A stretch of 64,000 nucleotides of DNA from positions 32,001 to 96,000 of the forward strand of contig CAWCYI010000004.1 in NCBI GenBank assembly GCA_963799845.1, written 5' to 3'. Below are positions 11,342-21,006 of the stretch, piece by piece. Position 1 is the first letter of the stretch. Every line of letters starts with the position of its first letter. The notes beneath the pieces were generated by a model. It was not told the origin of the DNA. It did no database searches and worked only from the letters and a program-made list of their open reading frames with translations. The position numbers were made by a program, and so were the translations under genes. This DNA comes from an uncultured Nitrososphaerota archaeon (GTDB lineage Archaea; Thermoproteota; Nitrososphaeria; Nitrososphaerales; CADDZS01).

Positions 11342-11641
11342 TTACGCCCTAATTTCTGGTTGCCATCGAAAAAACGGCTGATCCTTTCTTTGAAGTAGAG
11401 CTTCGTGTTCAGCGTCGACATAGTTTGCAACATAGGCTTCTTCTTCGCGTTGAATTTTCAATATCAATGCTTTCGAGATGTAGCACCGCTTTGTCGTTGT
11501 TCTCATTACGTTTTGCTTCTCATCATGGTCGAAATAGATAAACTGCCGACCAGAATTTTTTCGCTTGCAGACACGACGCTCGCCGTACTTACCGCAGCGA
11601 GGACAGAGTCTTTCGTTTTTCAGCTTTTTTTCCGTTAACAT
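11342..11641 (-). CDS. Small C2H-type zinc-finger protein, mobile-element-like
   Basis: LCPRCGKYG...FIYFDH...C; probable start ATG at 11641 (MLTEKK). Confidence 0.55.
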   Translation of the reverse strand: MLTEKKLKNERLCPRCGKYGERRVCKRKNSGRQFIYFDHDEKQNVMRTTTKRCYISKALILKIQREEEAYVANYVDAEHEALLQRKDQPFFRWQPEIRA

Positions 11642-11683
11642 ATCCCCAGTCAGCACCCCCGCGCACCTCGGGAATTCTCGTAG

Positions 11684-11713
11684 TATTAAATAAGCCAACG
11701 GGGCATCCCCGTT
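11684..11713. promoter_or_regulatory. Divergent promoter with operator-like inverted repeat
   Basis: TATTAAATA (11684-11692) followed by perfect AACGGGG-CAT-CCCCGTT (11697-11713) between divergent genes. Confidence 0.4.
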
Positions 11714-11719
11714 CCAGTT

Positions 11720-12055
11720 GTGATCTCACCAGAGTTGTACAACGAGGATTCTCAACAAGAAATCAGGGACCTAATTACACTAACATTTGACACGCCAGAT
11801 TCAAAGTCCGAAGCCCAGCAGCAGCTTTGCGAATGGTGTCAAAAGATTCGCAGATGCGCGCGCTTCGGTCTTTGGATACATTCTATTTCTGGCGACGGGG
11901 ATCCACCAACCTATCAAATGTTGTGCGGTCTTTGTCTCACTCAACTTCGGATGAGGTTTGAGAAAGGACTTCCTGGTATGCTAAGCTCAGACCAGCTCTC
12001 TGACTTGCAATCGTGGATTGTAGAGCTATACCGCGAGGGCGCAGGAAACAAGTAG
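11720..12055 (+). CDS. Hypothetical protein with two CxxC pairs (Zn-binding)
   Basis: CEWC...CGLC. Confidence 0.45.
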   Translation: MISPELYNEDSQQEIRDLITLTFDTPDSKSEAQQQLCEWCQKIRRCARFGLWIHSISGDGDPPTYQMLCGLCLTQLRMRFEKGLPGMLSSDQLSDLQSWIVELYREGAGNK

Positions 12056-12345
12056 ACGACTGAGACTCGTTTCGTGTCAAAGACTAGCGGTCAAAAGTGA
12101 ATCTGTCCGAAAGCATCTCATTGAATATCTTCCGATTTTTGCAGATGTAAATTGGTGGGAGGTAAAATCATCTGACTTTGAAGATCTTGTTTATTCTCGA
12201 TTGAACCAGAATTACGAATCGGCCCACAATCTAAAGTTACACTGGATGCGGCCCTCGTCGATTTATCAGACCTCAAAATTTTCTTTGTGACGATCTACTT
12301 TCGCACTTGTTAGAAATGATCAATAACTGGCAATTCTGAAGGAAC

Positions 12346-12813
12346 TTACGCAGGCCTCGAACTTCTTCGGCTTCCTAATTTTGTGTTGGTTCGTCGACAG
12401 AGATTCGTTCTTGCTTGACGTGCTTTACTCGGAACTCCGCCTGGGATGGGTTTTGATTCGTCACCGATCTCAAGAACTTTGAGAATCTTCGGCATAAGAA
12501 CTGACTTGCGAATCGCTGTTTCATCATCGTAGCCGTCCATAATCTTCTTGATAGATAGTCGGAGTTTGTCTAACTGATCCTGAATTTCAAACGCTGGTCT
12601 TTTCAAGTCCTGGCGCAGTTCGACCCGCGCAATCTCCGCGCGTACCATCGATTGTTCTGTAAGCCCAAGCTCTTTTACCTCGCTATCATAAATTGGAAGA
12701 TAGAAGCTCAAAGTCTGCTTTCCTGGATATTTTCTTGATCCACGCTTTAGGAGTAAGAGCTTACGTGTTCCAATCAACGTTCTTATATCATCTTGAGTAA
12801 ACGGGCACTGCAT
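12346..12813 (-). CDS. AbrB/SpoVT-like DNA-binding protein
   Basis: SFYLPIYDSEVKELGLTEQSMVRAEI resembles the swapped-hairpin motif. Confidence 0.45.
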   Translation of the reverse strand: MQCPFTQDDIRTLIGTRKLLLLKRGSRKYPGKQTLSFYLPIYDSEVKELGLTEQSMVRAEIARVELRQDLKRPAFEIQDQLDKLRLSIKKIMDGYDDETAIRKSVLMPKILKVLEIGDESKPIPGGVPSKARQARTNLCRRTNTKLGSRRSSRPA

Positions 12814-13082
12814 ACGCAGTAATTGTTTTTACCGTGGTTAAGTTATTCTGTATCTGCAAAGCAGGCTCTTTTCCGAGACGAAATCGTTTCAAATTCCAAC
12901 TCGACTTAAACCCATTTTGGTCTGAATACGGTCCGGCCCACACTTTTCAATTGCGAATGATTCGCGCAGGGATTCTACCTTTCTTCAGACTTACAGATCA
13001 TACTACAGGAGTAGGGCTGGCGTTCTTAATTTTGGGAAAGACTTTTTACGTCTTTTACTCTTTTTAGTAATCTGCGGAGAAA

Positions 13083-13457
13083 ATGGCGGACCTCATCACT
13101 CCCGTTATCCTCGCATCTTTCGGTGGAGCGGTGATATTGGTCGTTCTAGGATTTTTACTTCTGAGGCAGAGATCTGGAAAGCCGAGCTTCGAAAGTCAGG
13201 ATTATTACAAGACGTACCGGAGGCCCGATAGATTCTCTCAACCCCAATATAGGCAGGGCCAATCTCCTCAGGAGCAAAAGCAGCAGAGAACAATACTGAT
13301 CGCCGTCATAGTTCTGATAGGAGCTTCCATTGCTCTGGCGATATACGAGCCGCTCTACGGGTTGTTGTTACTTTTTCTCCTGCCCATAATTGTGAGGTTC
13401 ATGCGGGCCAGATCCGAGACGAGAAGGGCACCGCACGACGAGAATCAATCTTACTAG
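13083..13457 (+). CDS. Small membrane protein (about 3 TM segments)
   Basis: Hydrophobic segments flanking a Q-rich linker. Confidence 0.7.
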   Translation: MADLITPVILASFGGAVILVVLGFLLLRQRSGKPSFESQDYYKTYRRPDRFSQPQYRQGQSPQEQKQQRTILIAVIVLIGASIALAIYEPLYGLLLLFLLPIIVRFMRARSETRRAPHDENQSY

Positions 13458-13488
13458 ATTCTAGAGAACCGTTCGCATCAGATTTCAG

Positions 13489-13890
13489 ATGGGAAATCCA
13501 AAGTTCGCGATCATCTGCGAGGAAGAATCCGGACGAGTTCTCTCCAACGAACACTCGGTAGATATTTGGGACTCTTTGCAAGATCTAATCAGAGTCCTCC
13601 TGAGAGATTCCGAGTTGGCAGATGAATCGATCCTCTATGCGTGGAAGGAACAGCACCACAGGGCTACAGCGAGAGAGCCGTATGCATGGCGGGCTGTGCT
13701 TGAGGAGATAAAAAATTCGGACCTTGGCTCAAAATGCGCCGACCTTCAAGGGAAGGAGGAATTTGTTCTGATGACAGATAAACCCACGATGCTAAAGATC
13801 GCCGGCGAAATTACGAGCAGTCTGCTTCACTCGTACTCTTCGAGACACCGGATCTCTTTCGTTCAGAGCGTGTCGAAAGTTCCGTCCTGA
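13489..13890 (+). CDS. Hypothetical protein
   Basis: 133-aa ORF fills the gap, globular composition. Confidence 0.5.
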   Translation: MGNPKFAIICEEESGRVLSNEHSVDIWDSLQDLIRVLLRDSELADESILYAWKEQHHRATAREPYAWRAVLEEIKNSDLGSKCADLQGKEEFVLMTDKPTMLKIAGEITSSLLHSYSSRHRISFVQSVSKVPS

Positions 13891-14558
13891 TTTGCTCGGA
13901 AGAACTTTTCGACTTCGGTGTTGAACAGCCCACACTCAACGACGCCAGGGATCATCTTGATTTCTTTCTCAAGATCCCGCGGGATAGAGATCTCCGACGG
14001 AAACTGGCAATCCAAGATAATGTTCCCCGATTCAGAATAGTATGGATATCCCTTTTCCAGTTTTCTCAAAACCGGATCTGCACCGAACTTTCTCCTTATC
14101 TCACTTGATGTCGTAAGGTACGAGAACTGGACTACTTCTACCGGAACCGATCTGTCGAGCTTCTTCACGTACTTGGACTGGTCTGCCAAGATGTAGCATC
14201 TCTTCGAGGCCGAAATCAGTATTTTTTCTTTGAGCAAGGCGCCGCCGCCACCCTTGATCATCGACCTCGTTGAAAGAGAAATCTGGTCCGCACCGTCTAC
14301 TACAACATCGATTGATTCAGGACATCGTCCAGAATCCTTTGCCAGATCAAGCCCACTATCTCGCGCCAGCATGAAGGACTGCATCGAGGAGGGCACGACT
14401 GAAATTCTGATCGATTCTGACTTTATTCGCTCACCGAGAGCCTTGGCAAATCTGGCAACCGCTGACCCGCTTCCCAACCCCAGAGTCTCGCCGGCAACAA
14501 TACTTTGGGCCGCACTCTCTGCCATCTTCTGGAACGCGGCGTCAAGACCTGAACTCAA
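13863..14558 (-). CDS. rpiA: Ribose-5-phosphate isomerase A
   Basis: GLGSGS, DGADQ, IKGGGGALLKEKI, GVVECGLF. Confidence 0.95.
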   Translation of the reverse strand: MSSGLDAAFQKMAESAAQSIVAGETLGLGSGSAVARFAKALGERIKSESIRISVVPSSMQSFMLARDSGLDLAKDSGRCPESIDVVVDGADQISLSTRSMIKGGGGALLKEKILISASKRCYILADQSKYVKKLDRSVPVEVVQFSYLTTSSEIRRKFGADPVLRKLEKGYPYYSESGNIILDCQFPSEISIPRDLEKEIKMIPGVVECGLFNTEVEKFFRANQDGTFDTL

Positions 14559-15383
14559 GCGCTATCGACATCTAATCTTTCGAGTCTGTCAAGTGCTTCC
14601 AGTAGCTCTTTCTGAAGTTCCTCAACTTTGTCCGCAGGTTTTTTCCTTTCCTGAATCGAAACCGCCGAGGACGCCTTTGGAATTACTGGCACGTCAGATT
14701 GGTGCTCGGCCATCGGGTCGATACGCGGTGATGGCTTTTCGTTCTGAAGCATGTCGGAAATATCCGGTACTGGAGTTCCCCTCTGCGACTCGTCGATGGA
14801 CGGGAGTTGAATTACCGGGGGCGAAGGCTGCTTTTGAGTCATTTCAGCGATAAGGGGTTCAGCTGAGCTTCCTCGTACTTTCGATCCGCCTTTCAATTGC
14901 ATCTATCTTCTGCTCAACGAGCTGAACGAGCTGGTTTCGGAGAGTTTCCAAATCTCCAACTTGAATGAAGGCGTCCATCTTCGTGATTTTGTCATCGAGC
15001 GACTTTAGCTCCGCGACGTACTTCGCGCCGAGAATTTCCCTTTCTGCTTTCGTAATCTCTTTAGCAGCCTCTGCCTCGTATAGGCGAGTCAGGGCCGCCG
15101 ATACCAACTCTTTCTCTAAAATTAGAGTTCGGAGCTCCCGCTTGCTTTTTTCTAGTTCGCTTTTCGGAATTGTCCTCGACAAATTAGCGTTGGTCAAAAG
15201 AACAGAAGAAGATTCGGTAGGAGCTGGAGTGGCATCTTTCGGCTCAGTGGTAGCGGGGCTAGATTCAGTTGTAACTTCGGGCTTTTGATTTGAATTATTC
15301 CTAGAAAAATAGACGGCGATCGATCCTGCGGCTACGCCGACCGCCGCGCTGCCGGCGGCAATGATGATTTCACTTGCAGACAA
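14555..15383 (-). CDS. Membrane-anchored coiled-coil protein, frameshifted near 14865
   Basis: N-terminal TM plus coiled coil (14859-15383) continues as AEPLIAEM... in the 14555-14902 frame. Confidence 0.6.
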
Positions 15384-15410
15384 AAATGCAATTCCCTTTG
15401 GGGACAGATT

Positions 15411-15581
15411 CTAACCGCGGAACCTAGTCATCCAAGAGTACTGTCGCATTTTCGTTGAGGCGCCAAATCCGCACGATGAGCATCTCTTGTACCTCAAGTG
15501 ATAAGAGTGATGCCCGCACCGCCTGCACCTAATGTGGGTCTTTTTCCGACCCATCTTTCCCATCGAAGAAGTTCCTCTCAT
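15411..15581 (-). CDS. rpl37e: 50S ribosomal protein L37e
   Basis: Manual translation [40 protein letters not shown] (56 aa), downstream of Sm as is typical. Confidence 0.95.
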   Translation of the reverse strand: MRGTSSMGKMGRKKTHIRCRRCGHHSYHLRYKRCSSCGFGASTKMRQYSWMTRFRG

Positions 15582-15610
15582 ACTATCTCACACTAAACAG
15601 AATTCCGGCT

Positions 15611-15844
15611 TTATCCCTTCGGAGGCGGGGAAATTATAACCACATTGTCCCCTCGAACTACGATAGTCCCGAGTGAACTGGTCTTACCCTCCTCTACAAT
15701 CTCCTCAGAAGATTCAAGAAGCAAATTCATGTGTTGGTCAAACCCCTGCAGATTACCTCTGATGACCTTGCCGCCTTTAAGTTTGATCAGGACAATTTTT
15801 CCGACGCTCTCATCTAGAACTCGAACAGCCATGTCCTGAGACAT
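15611..15844 (-). CDS. Sm-like archaeal protein (LSm/SmAP1)
   Basis: GNLQGFDQHMNLLL...VVRGDNVV; probable start MSQDMAV at 15844. Confidence 0.93.
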   Translation of the reverse strand: MSQDMAVRVLDESVGKIVLIKLKGGKVIRGNLQGFDQHMNLLLESSEEIVEEGKTSSLGTIVVRGDNVVIISPPPKG

Positions 15845-15941
15845 TTCAATCCATCCTGATCCTGTAGAACCGCCCATTTCTTTTGATCAAGCTTATTAAG
15901 CATTATTTGCCGGAAGACGAATCTGCGATGACCGTTTCTTA

Positions 15942-16454
15942 ATGAGAACGTACCATATGTCGAAGAGCTCGAGGGATGAGCTTAGCGAGAGCCTCTCGAA
16001 ATTCCCTAATGTCCAGCCGATCAAGTCCAAGGACCTGAAGATCGCAGAGGGAGACGATCCAAGTATAGCGATCATCTTTGACGAGAATGAGAAGATCTAT
16101 CTGGGGAGCAGGAAAAAGAAAAAAGATGAGAAAGACTCCGGGCAGATTTTCTTTCCCCTCCTCAAGGACGCCTGGCTTCTACCAACCCGACCCGTCGTAA
16201 CTGTTGACAGCGGGGCGGTGAAATTCGTGGTCAGTGGGGCCAATATCATGAGGCCCGGAATCACTAAAATTGAGGGTGATTTCAACGCCGGCGATCTCGT
16301 CGTAGTCAAGGAGGAAAAATACGGGAAGGCGATTGCCGTCGGACTTGCAAAGGCCTCGAAGGCCGAGGTTGAATCGGCGAAAAAAGGAGTCGTGATCGAG
16401 AACCTGCACTACGCAGGAGACAAGTACTGGAGCATGCTGAAGGAAATAAGCTGA
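15942..16454 (+). CDS. PUA-domain RNA-binding protein (Tma20/MCT-1-like)
   Basis: VDSGAVKFVVSGANIMRPGI, LHYAGD. Confidence 0.88.
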   Translation: MRTYHMSKSSRDELSESLSKFPNVQPIKSKDLKIAEGDDPSIAIIFDENEKIYLGSRKKKKDEKDSGQIFFPLLKDAWLLPTRPVVTVDSGAVKFVVSGANIMRPGITKIEGDFNAGDLVVVKEEKYGKAIAVGLAKASKAEVESAKKGVVIENLHYAGDKYWSMLKEIS

Positions 16455-16518
16455 TTTTCATATCAATAACGGTTTTAAGAGGGAAATCACTCCCTATTCC
16501 AGGCGGGGTATACTGAAC

Positions 16519-16836
16519 TTGTCAAACTCTGCGGGAGCGCACGCCTCGACAGAGACTGTACGTCCCACACCCCAGATTTTGCTGAAAGCCTTTCCTTTGA
16601 AGAATGCAGATGAGATTGCCCACATCAAGGAAGACGTGAAAAATCGCACCATCGTAATATTGAAGATAACTCCTCTTGCGCAGAAAAGCATCGAGGACCT
16701 GAAATCCACGATCGAGGAACTGACTGACTTCACGATCGCGTTCGGCGGGGATATCGCCCGTCTCGGAGAAGAGAGGATTGTAATTACTCCGCCCGGAGTA
16801 AAAATCTGGCGCGGGGAAAAATCTACCGAATCTTGA
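16519..16836 (+). CDS. sepF: SepF-like (DUF552) protein
   Basis: IVILKITPL...GGDIARLGEERIVITPPGVKI. Confidence 0.8.
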   Translation: MSNSAGAHASTETVRPTPQILLKAFPLKNADEIAHIKEDVKNRTIVILKITPLAQKSIEDLKSTIEELTDFTIAFGGDIARLGEERIVITPPGVKIWRGEKSTES

Positions 16837-18727
16837 TCGCTTCTTCCACGCTGGGATGAAAAACTGGAATCTTGAACATTCTGGACAGCGTGTACGCCAT
16901 CGTTTCGCACTTTCTCTTCTCTCCGTGGTTTACGAAAATCTGCTGGAGCTTGGGTCTTAATTTTTGGACGAACCTTATGATCTGATTGTAATCGCTGTGC
17001 CCTGAAAAACCCTCAATCCTATTCACCTGGCAGTTGACGTCGATGACCCTGATCTTTCCGCCCTCGCCCAACAGGCTGACCTGATGCGATCCGTCCAAGA
17101 CTCTTCTTCCCATCGTACCCTGAACCTGGTACGAAACAAAGAGCACCCGATTTTTTTCGGAGTTCGCCAGCTGTGAAAAATATTCTATTACGGGCCCGCC
17201 TTCTAGCATGCCCGATGTCGCCATGATTATCGCACCGCCCTCGCGTAGAGCTTCTTCCCTGTTGCTCGGATGTTCCACGACCGTGAAAAATTCCGAATTG
17301 AACGGGTTCGCATCCTCCTCCAGGATTTTGTATTTTAATTCACGGGAAAGGTACTCCGGATAGGCGATGTGGATCGCGGTCGCTTCCGAGATCATCCCCT
17401 CAATGAAGACAGGTGCCTCGACAAGCTTCTTTTCCCTCATGTAGTGGTCGATCACGAGCATGATTTCCTGAGCTCTACCGACGGCGGGAATCGGGATCAG
17501 TACTTTTCCTCCCTGGCGCAAAGTATCGTTGATCAGATTCGTAAAGTTTGTCTCGACTTCGTCCCTCGACGGCATGATGTCTTCTTTTGACCCGTACGTG
17601 CACTCTGTCACTAGAGTCTCGACCCTGGGATAATTCCAAAAGGCCGGCTCGAGGAGCTGTGTCTTTCCGTACTTGTAATCACCGGTGTAGACGATGTTGT
17701 GAGCGCCCTCGCCGATGTGCAAGTGAACGGTCGCCGATCCGAGGATGTGACCGGCGTTGTTGAAAACCAGCTTTACATCTGGAGCTACGTCTGTCACAAG
17801 ACCGTAAGGCACAGTAATCGTGTGCTTGATCACTTCCCTGATGTCACGCTGGCTGTAGACCTGTCGGCCTCCCTCGATCTCTCCGATCTTGACCATGTCT
17901 CCCTGAAGCAGAGTCATCAAAGGAAGCGTGGGCTCTGTGCAGTAAACCGGGCCGCTGTAGCCGTACTTGAACAGGGCGGGGAGGAAACCGGTATGATCGA
18001 GATGCGCGTGGCTGATAACGACGGCGTCGAGCTCGTCCAGTTCGATGTCGGCCCAGTCGAGCCTCGGAAAAGCGTTCCACGCATTTCTAGCGCCCGGATG
18101 GATCCCGCAGTCGAGCAGCAGCTTACTTTCAGAAGTGCTGACGATGATCGAGGATCTTCCGACTTCCTCGAACGCGCCGAGAGTGAGGATGCTGATCTCG
18201 GATTCCTGGCTGAGTCTCGGGCGGAAAATGTTCTCGCCCACGTCCTTGAAAAATCTGGTCCTCTCAGCCACGCTCTGCATCAGAGTGTTGTTGATGTTCT
18301 TGATGCTCATGCACGGAATGTGCGGGAGTTTTCTGATCCTGATCTTCCAGCCCGTCTTGTCGGTGAGCTCAATCGGGTTGAATCCCTTCTCGACTGTCAA
18401 CTGAAGAGGCTTTCTCGCCTCCATGGTCGCTTCTCCGATTGCGCCGTCGAAGAAAATGTTCTCAACTCCCGCTTCGGCGGGCACGCTCTGCATGATCAGC
18501 TTCTGGGCGTCCTGCTCTTCCTTGCGGATAGACTTGTCAGTACGGACGACAAGCCTGCGCTTTACCAAATTAACTAGATCAGAGACGATGTAGCTGTTCT
18601 GCTGGAGAAACTTTGGATTCTTGGAGTATAGGGCGATCCTCGGCCCTTCATACTCGACCCTGGTTATCTCGGCTGTTGGTGGAATATGATTGAGAATTTG
18701 CGCTATTACGTTATCCCGTTCGGTCAA
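16823..18727 (-). CDS. fttA: beta-CASP ribonuclease aCPSF1 / transcription termination factor FttA
   Basis: N-terminal KH domains, SHAHLDH, AGHILGS, GFSGHSD, NHGE. Confidence 0.95.
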   Translation of the reverse strand: MTERDNVIAQILNHIPPTAEITRVEYEGPRIALYSKNPKFLQQNSYIVSDLVNLVKRRLVVRTDKSIRKEEQDAQKLIMQSVPAEAGVENIFFDGAIGEATMEARKPLQLTVEKGFNPIELTDKTGWKIRIRKLPHIPCMSIKNINNTLMQSVAERTRFFKDVGENIFRPRLSQESEISILTLGAFEEVGRSSIIVSTSESKLLLDCGIHPGARNAWNAFPRLDWADIELDELDAVVISHAHLDHTGFLPALFKYGYSGPVYCTEPTLPLMTLLQGDMVKIGEIEGGRQVYSQRDIREVIKHTITVPYGLVTDVAPDVKLVFNNAGHILGSATVHLHIGEGAHNIVYTGDYKYGKTQLLEPAFWNYPRVETLVTECTYGSKEDIMPSRDEVETNFTNLINDTLRQGGKVLIPIPAVGRAQEIMLVIDHYMREKKLVEAPVFIEGMISEATAIHIAYPEYLSRELKYKILEEDANPFNSEFFTVVEHPSNREEALREGGAIIMATSGMLEGGPVIEYFSQLANSEKNRVLFVSYQVQGTMGRRVLDGSHQVSLLGEGGKIRVIDVNCQVNRIEGFSGHSDYNQIIRFVQKLRPKLQQIFVNHGEKRKCETMAYTLSRMFKIPVFHPSVEEAIKIR

Positions 18728-18729
18728 CC

Positions 18730-19464
18730 TTAATTTCTACTACCGGGTATCGCCGACAATTGTTTTTCCTTCGCCTGTTTTGAGAGCTCGCGATAACCGC
18801 TCTCCTTCGTTATGACGGCAACGTCAAACCCGTCGCCGGTTCCCGCGTTTCTCTTGATCGCGGCGATGACAGCCTGGATCGCAATGGGAACGACCTGGTC
18901 AACTTTCATGCCCTTTCGGTACTGGTCTTCGATGATACCGTAGGCGACCGGAGAGCCGCTGCCGGTTGAAACTGCGTCCTCCTTGGTTAGAGCACCGAAG
19001 AAGTCAACGCTGTAGACCACGTTCCCGTCGATCGAATCCCATCCGCCGATCAAAAAATCAGCGATGAACGGATAGTACCTGTTTTGAAAGAAGATGTTTG
19101 CCGAAATCCGTCCGAGCGATTTAACAGGAATTGGCTTTTCGTTTTCAAGCTTGTACAAATTAGCGTAATACTTTAGCGTGTCAATCATGCTCTGAGCTTC
19201 TGCGACAGTTCCCGCGATCGTGACACCGACGTGGTCGTCGATCCGGTGGACTTTTTTGCCCTGGCGGTGAGCGATGTAAAGGTAACCAGCAGTGACTCTC
19301 GTATCCGTGCACAAGACGACCCCATCAGAACACGTCAGAGCGACCGTGGTCGTTCCGTGATATTTTAGAGCGTCTACTTCCTTTCTTCGGTCAACTACTC
19401 CGTTCCTAGCATTATTTGGTGGAAACACTTTTTGGGACAAATTATCAGCTCGTTTCGACTTCAA
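18730..19464 (-). CDS. psmB: Proteasome beta subunit, catalytic type with propeptide
   Basis: HG-TTTVAL (Thr1 after Gly), TGSGSPVAYG. Confidence 0.93.
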   Translation of the reverse strand: MKSKRADNLSQKVFPPNNARNGVVDRRKEVDALKYHGTTTVALTCSDGVVLCTDTRVTAGYLYIAHRQGKKVHRIDDHVGVTIAGTVAEAQSMIDTLKYYANLYKLENEKPIPVKSLGRISANIFFQNRYYPFIADFLIGGWDSIDGNVVYSVDFFGALTKEDAVSTGSGSPVAYGIIEDQYRKGMKVDQVVPIAIQAVIAAIKRNAGTGDGFDVAVITKESGYRELSKQAKEKQLSAIPGSRN

Positions 19465-19599
19465 GAACGCGCCCGAATACTCCCAGAAACCCAGTTTGAG
19501 TACTCGGAAAAGCCGACATTTTCCAATTGCGTGTCACGTCCTTTAAATAACTTTCCGAGCCCGATACCAGAAAAGTCCGTAATTTCCCAGTGATTTAGA

Positions 19600-20652
19600 A
19601 TGCCGGCGCACGTAATGGAACTGCCCAGGATAGTCGTCGTCGGCAGTGGAGTCATCGGAAAAATCGGAGAAACGCTCCAGGATCTTGAGCTCGGCGGCAG
19701 GGCGATAATCCTGTCCGGTCCCAACGTCAGGGATATTGTTTCGGGACCTGTCAACAGCTCGCTGAAGGAAAGTGGGTTTTCCTGCAGCTGGGAATTGGTC
19801 GGGCCTTCGAGCTTCGCGGAAGTCGAACGGGTCTCCGCCCTCACCAAAAGCGAGCAGGCAAATTTCCTCATTGGAGTGGGTGGGGGCAAATCGATTGACA
19901 TTACAAAACTAGCTTCGTTCAATTCGAAGATACCTTTCGTCAGCGTGCCGACGAGCGCGTCGCACGATGGGATTTCGAGTCCGTTCGGTTCCGTAAAGGG
20001 ACTCGACCGGCCTTACTCCCTCGTCGCGAAACCCCCGATCGCGATTGTCGCAGATACCGACCTGATTTCTAGAGCTCCGCACAATCTTCTGGTGAGCGGG
20101 TGCGGCGACCTGATATCGAAAAAGACCGCGGTGAAGGACTGGGAACTGTCCCACATCAAGACGGGAGAATATTATGGCAGGTACTCCGCAAATCTCGCGC
20201 TACTTTCCGCCAACATGATCATGGAAGACGTTGATATGATCTCGGCAATCACTGAAGAGGGAATCAGCGTCGTCGTCGAGGCGCTGATAAGTTCCGGAGT
20301 TGCGGCAGGCATTGCTGGAAGCAGCCGGCCATGCAGCGGCTCGGAGCATCTCTTCAGCCACGCCATGGACATCGTCGCTCCCGGAAAGGGACTGCACGGG
20401 GAAAAATGCGGGATGGGGACGATCATGATGGCGAAGCTGCACGGTCTCGATTACGGGGAAATCAGAAAGTCGCTGAAGATCATCGGCAGTCCGGTGAAGG
20501 CGAGCGAGATTGGCGCGAGCAGCGAAGAGATCATAAAGGCCCTTGTCCTCGCGCGATCAATTCGAAGAGAAAGGTATACCATCCTGGAAGAGGCGAAATT
20601 GACCGAGGCTTCTGCCCGCAAGCTCGCTCGGGATGTCGGCGTCATCCCCTAG
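19600..20652 (+). CDS. egsA: sn-glycerol-1-phosphate dehydrogenase
   Basis: GGGKSIDITK, PTSASHDG, SRPCSGSEHLFSHA, LHGEKCG. Confidence 0.95.
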   Translation: MPAHVMELPRIVVVGSGVIGKIGETLQDLELGGRAIILSGPNVRDIVSGPVNSSLKESGFSCSWELVGPSSFAEVERVSALTKSEQANFLIGVGGGKSIDITKLASFNSKIPFVSVPTSASHDGISSPFGSVKGLDRPYSLVAKPPIAIVADTDLISRAPHNLLVSGCGDLISKKTAVKDWELSHIKTGEYYGRYSANLALLSANMIMEDVDMISAITEEGISVVVEALISSGVAAGIAGSSRPCSGSEHLFSHAMDIVAPGKGLHGEKCGMGTIMMAKLHGLDYGEIRKSLKIIGSPVKASEIGASSEEIIKALVLARSIRRERYTILEEAKLTEASARKLARDVGVIP

Positions 20653-21006
20653 TCTAACTCGGCGTTTCGAGCTCTGATTGAGCTACAGATAATCTGCTGA
20701 GTATACACACGGTTGCAGAACTCCTCTTAGGGGGCCCCCCTCTTTGTATAACAGCTTAAAACGAGCTCTTCTGAGCTTACAGAGCTTGAACGCAGCTCTC
20801 CCGTCAAAAGGCACGCGCGGTTGCGAAACGGCAGATTTTTTCTTTTTGAATCAATGGGAACTAGTATATGGATAACGAGAAAAATAGCAGGGTCTGCAGT
20901 GACTTTTGCACGAGTTAGAGCGATCGACTAAGTACTCATAAAGCCGATAGATCTAAGATCTCCAAATGAGATCGCCGAGCTCGAGCACACTTTGATTTCT
21001 CAGAGA

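Larger units (their letters stand above)
1..12900. mobile_element. Decayed integrated element / defence island (left end outside window, right boundary approximate)
   Basis: Type III RM, integrase C-terminal remnant, HEPN protein, RHH/AbrB/Zn-finger small genes, low gene density with gene fragments; dense core-like gene order resumes at ~13.1 kb. Confidence 0.6.

Noticed and set aside
17699-18577. Long antisense ORFs (also 40551-41531, 14230-14853, 28634-29206)
   Set aside because: They lie opposite well-supported genes and carry no motifs
20674-20700. C/D-box sRNA (TGATTGA...CTGA)
   Set aside because: Box C is imperfect and the spacing is too short
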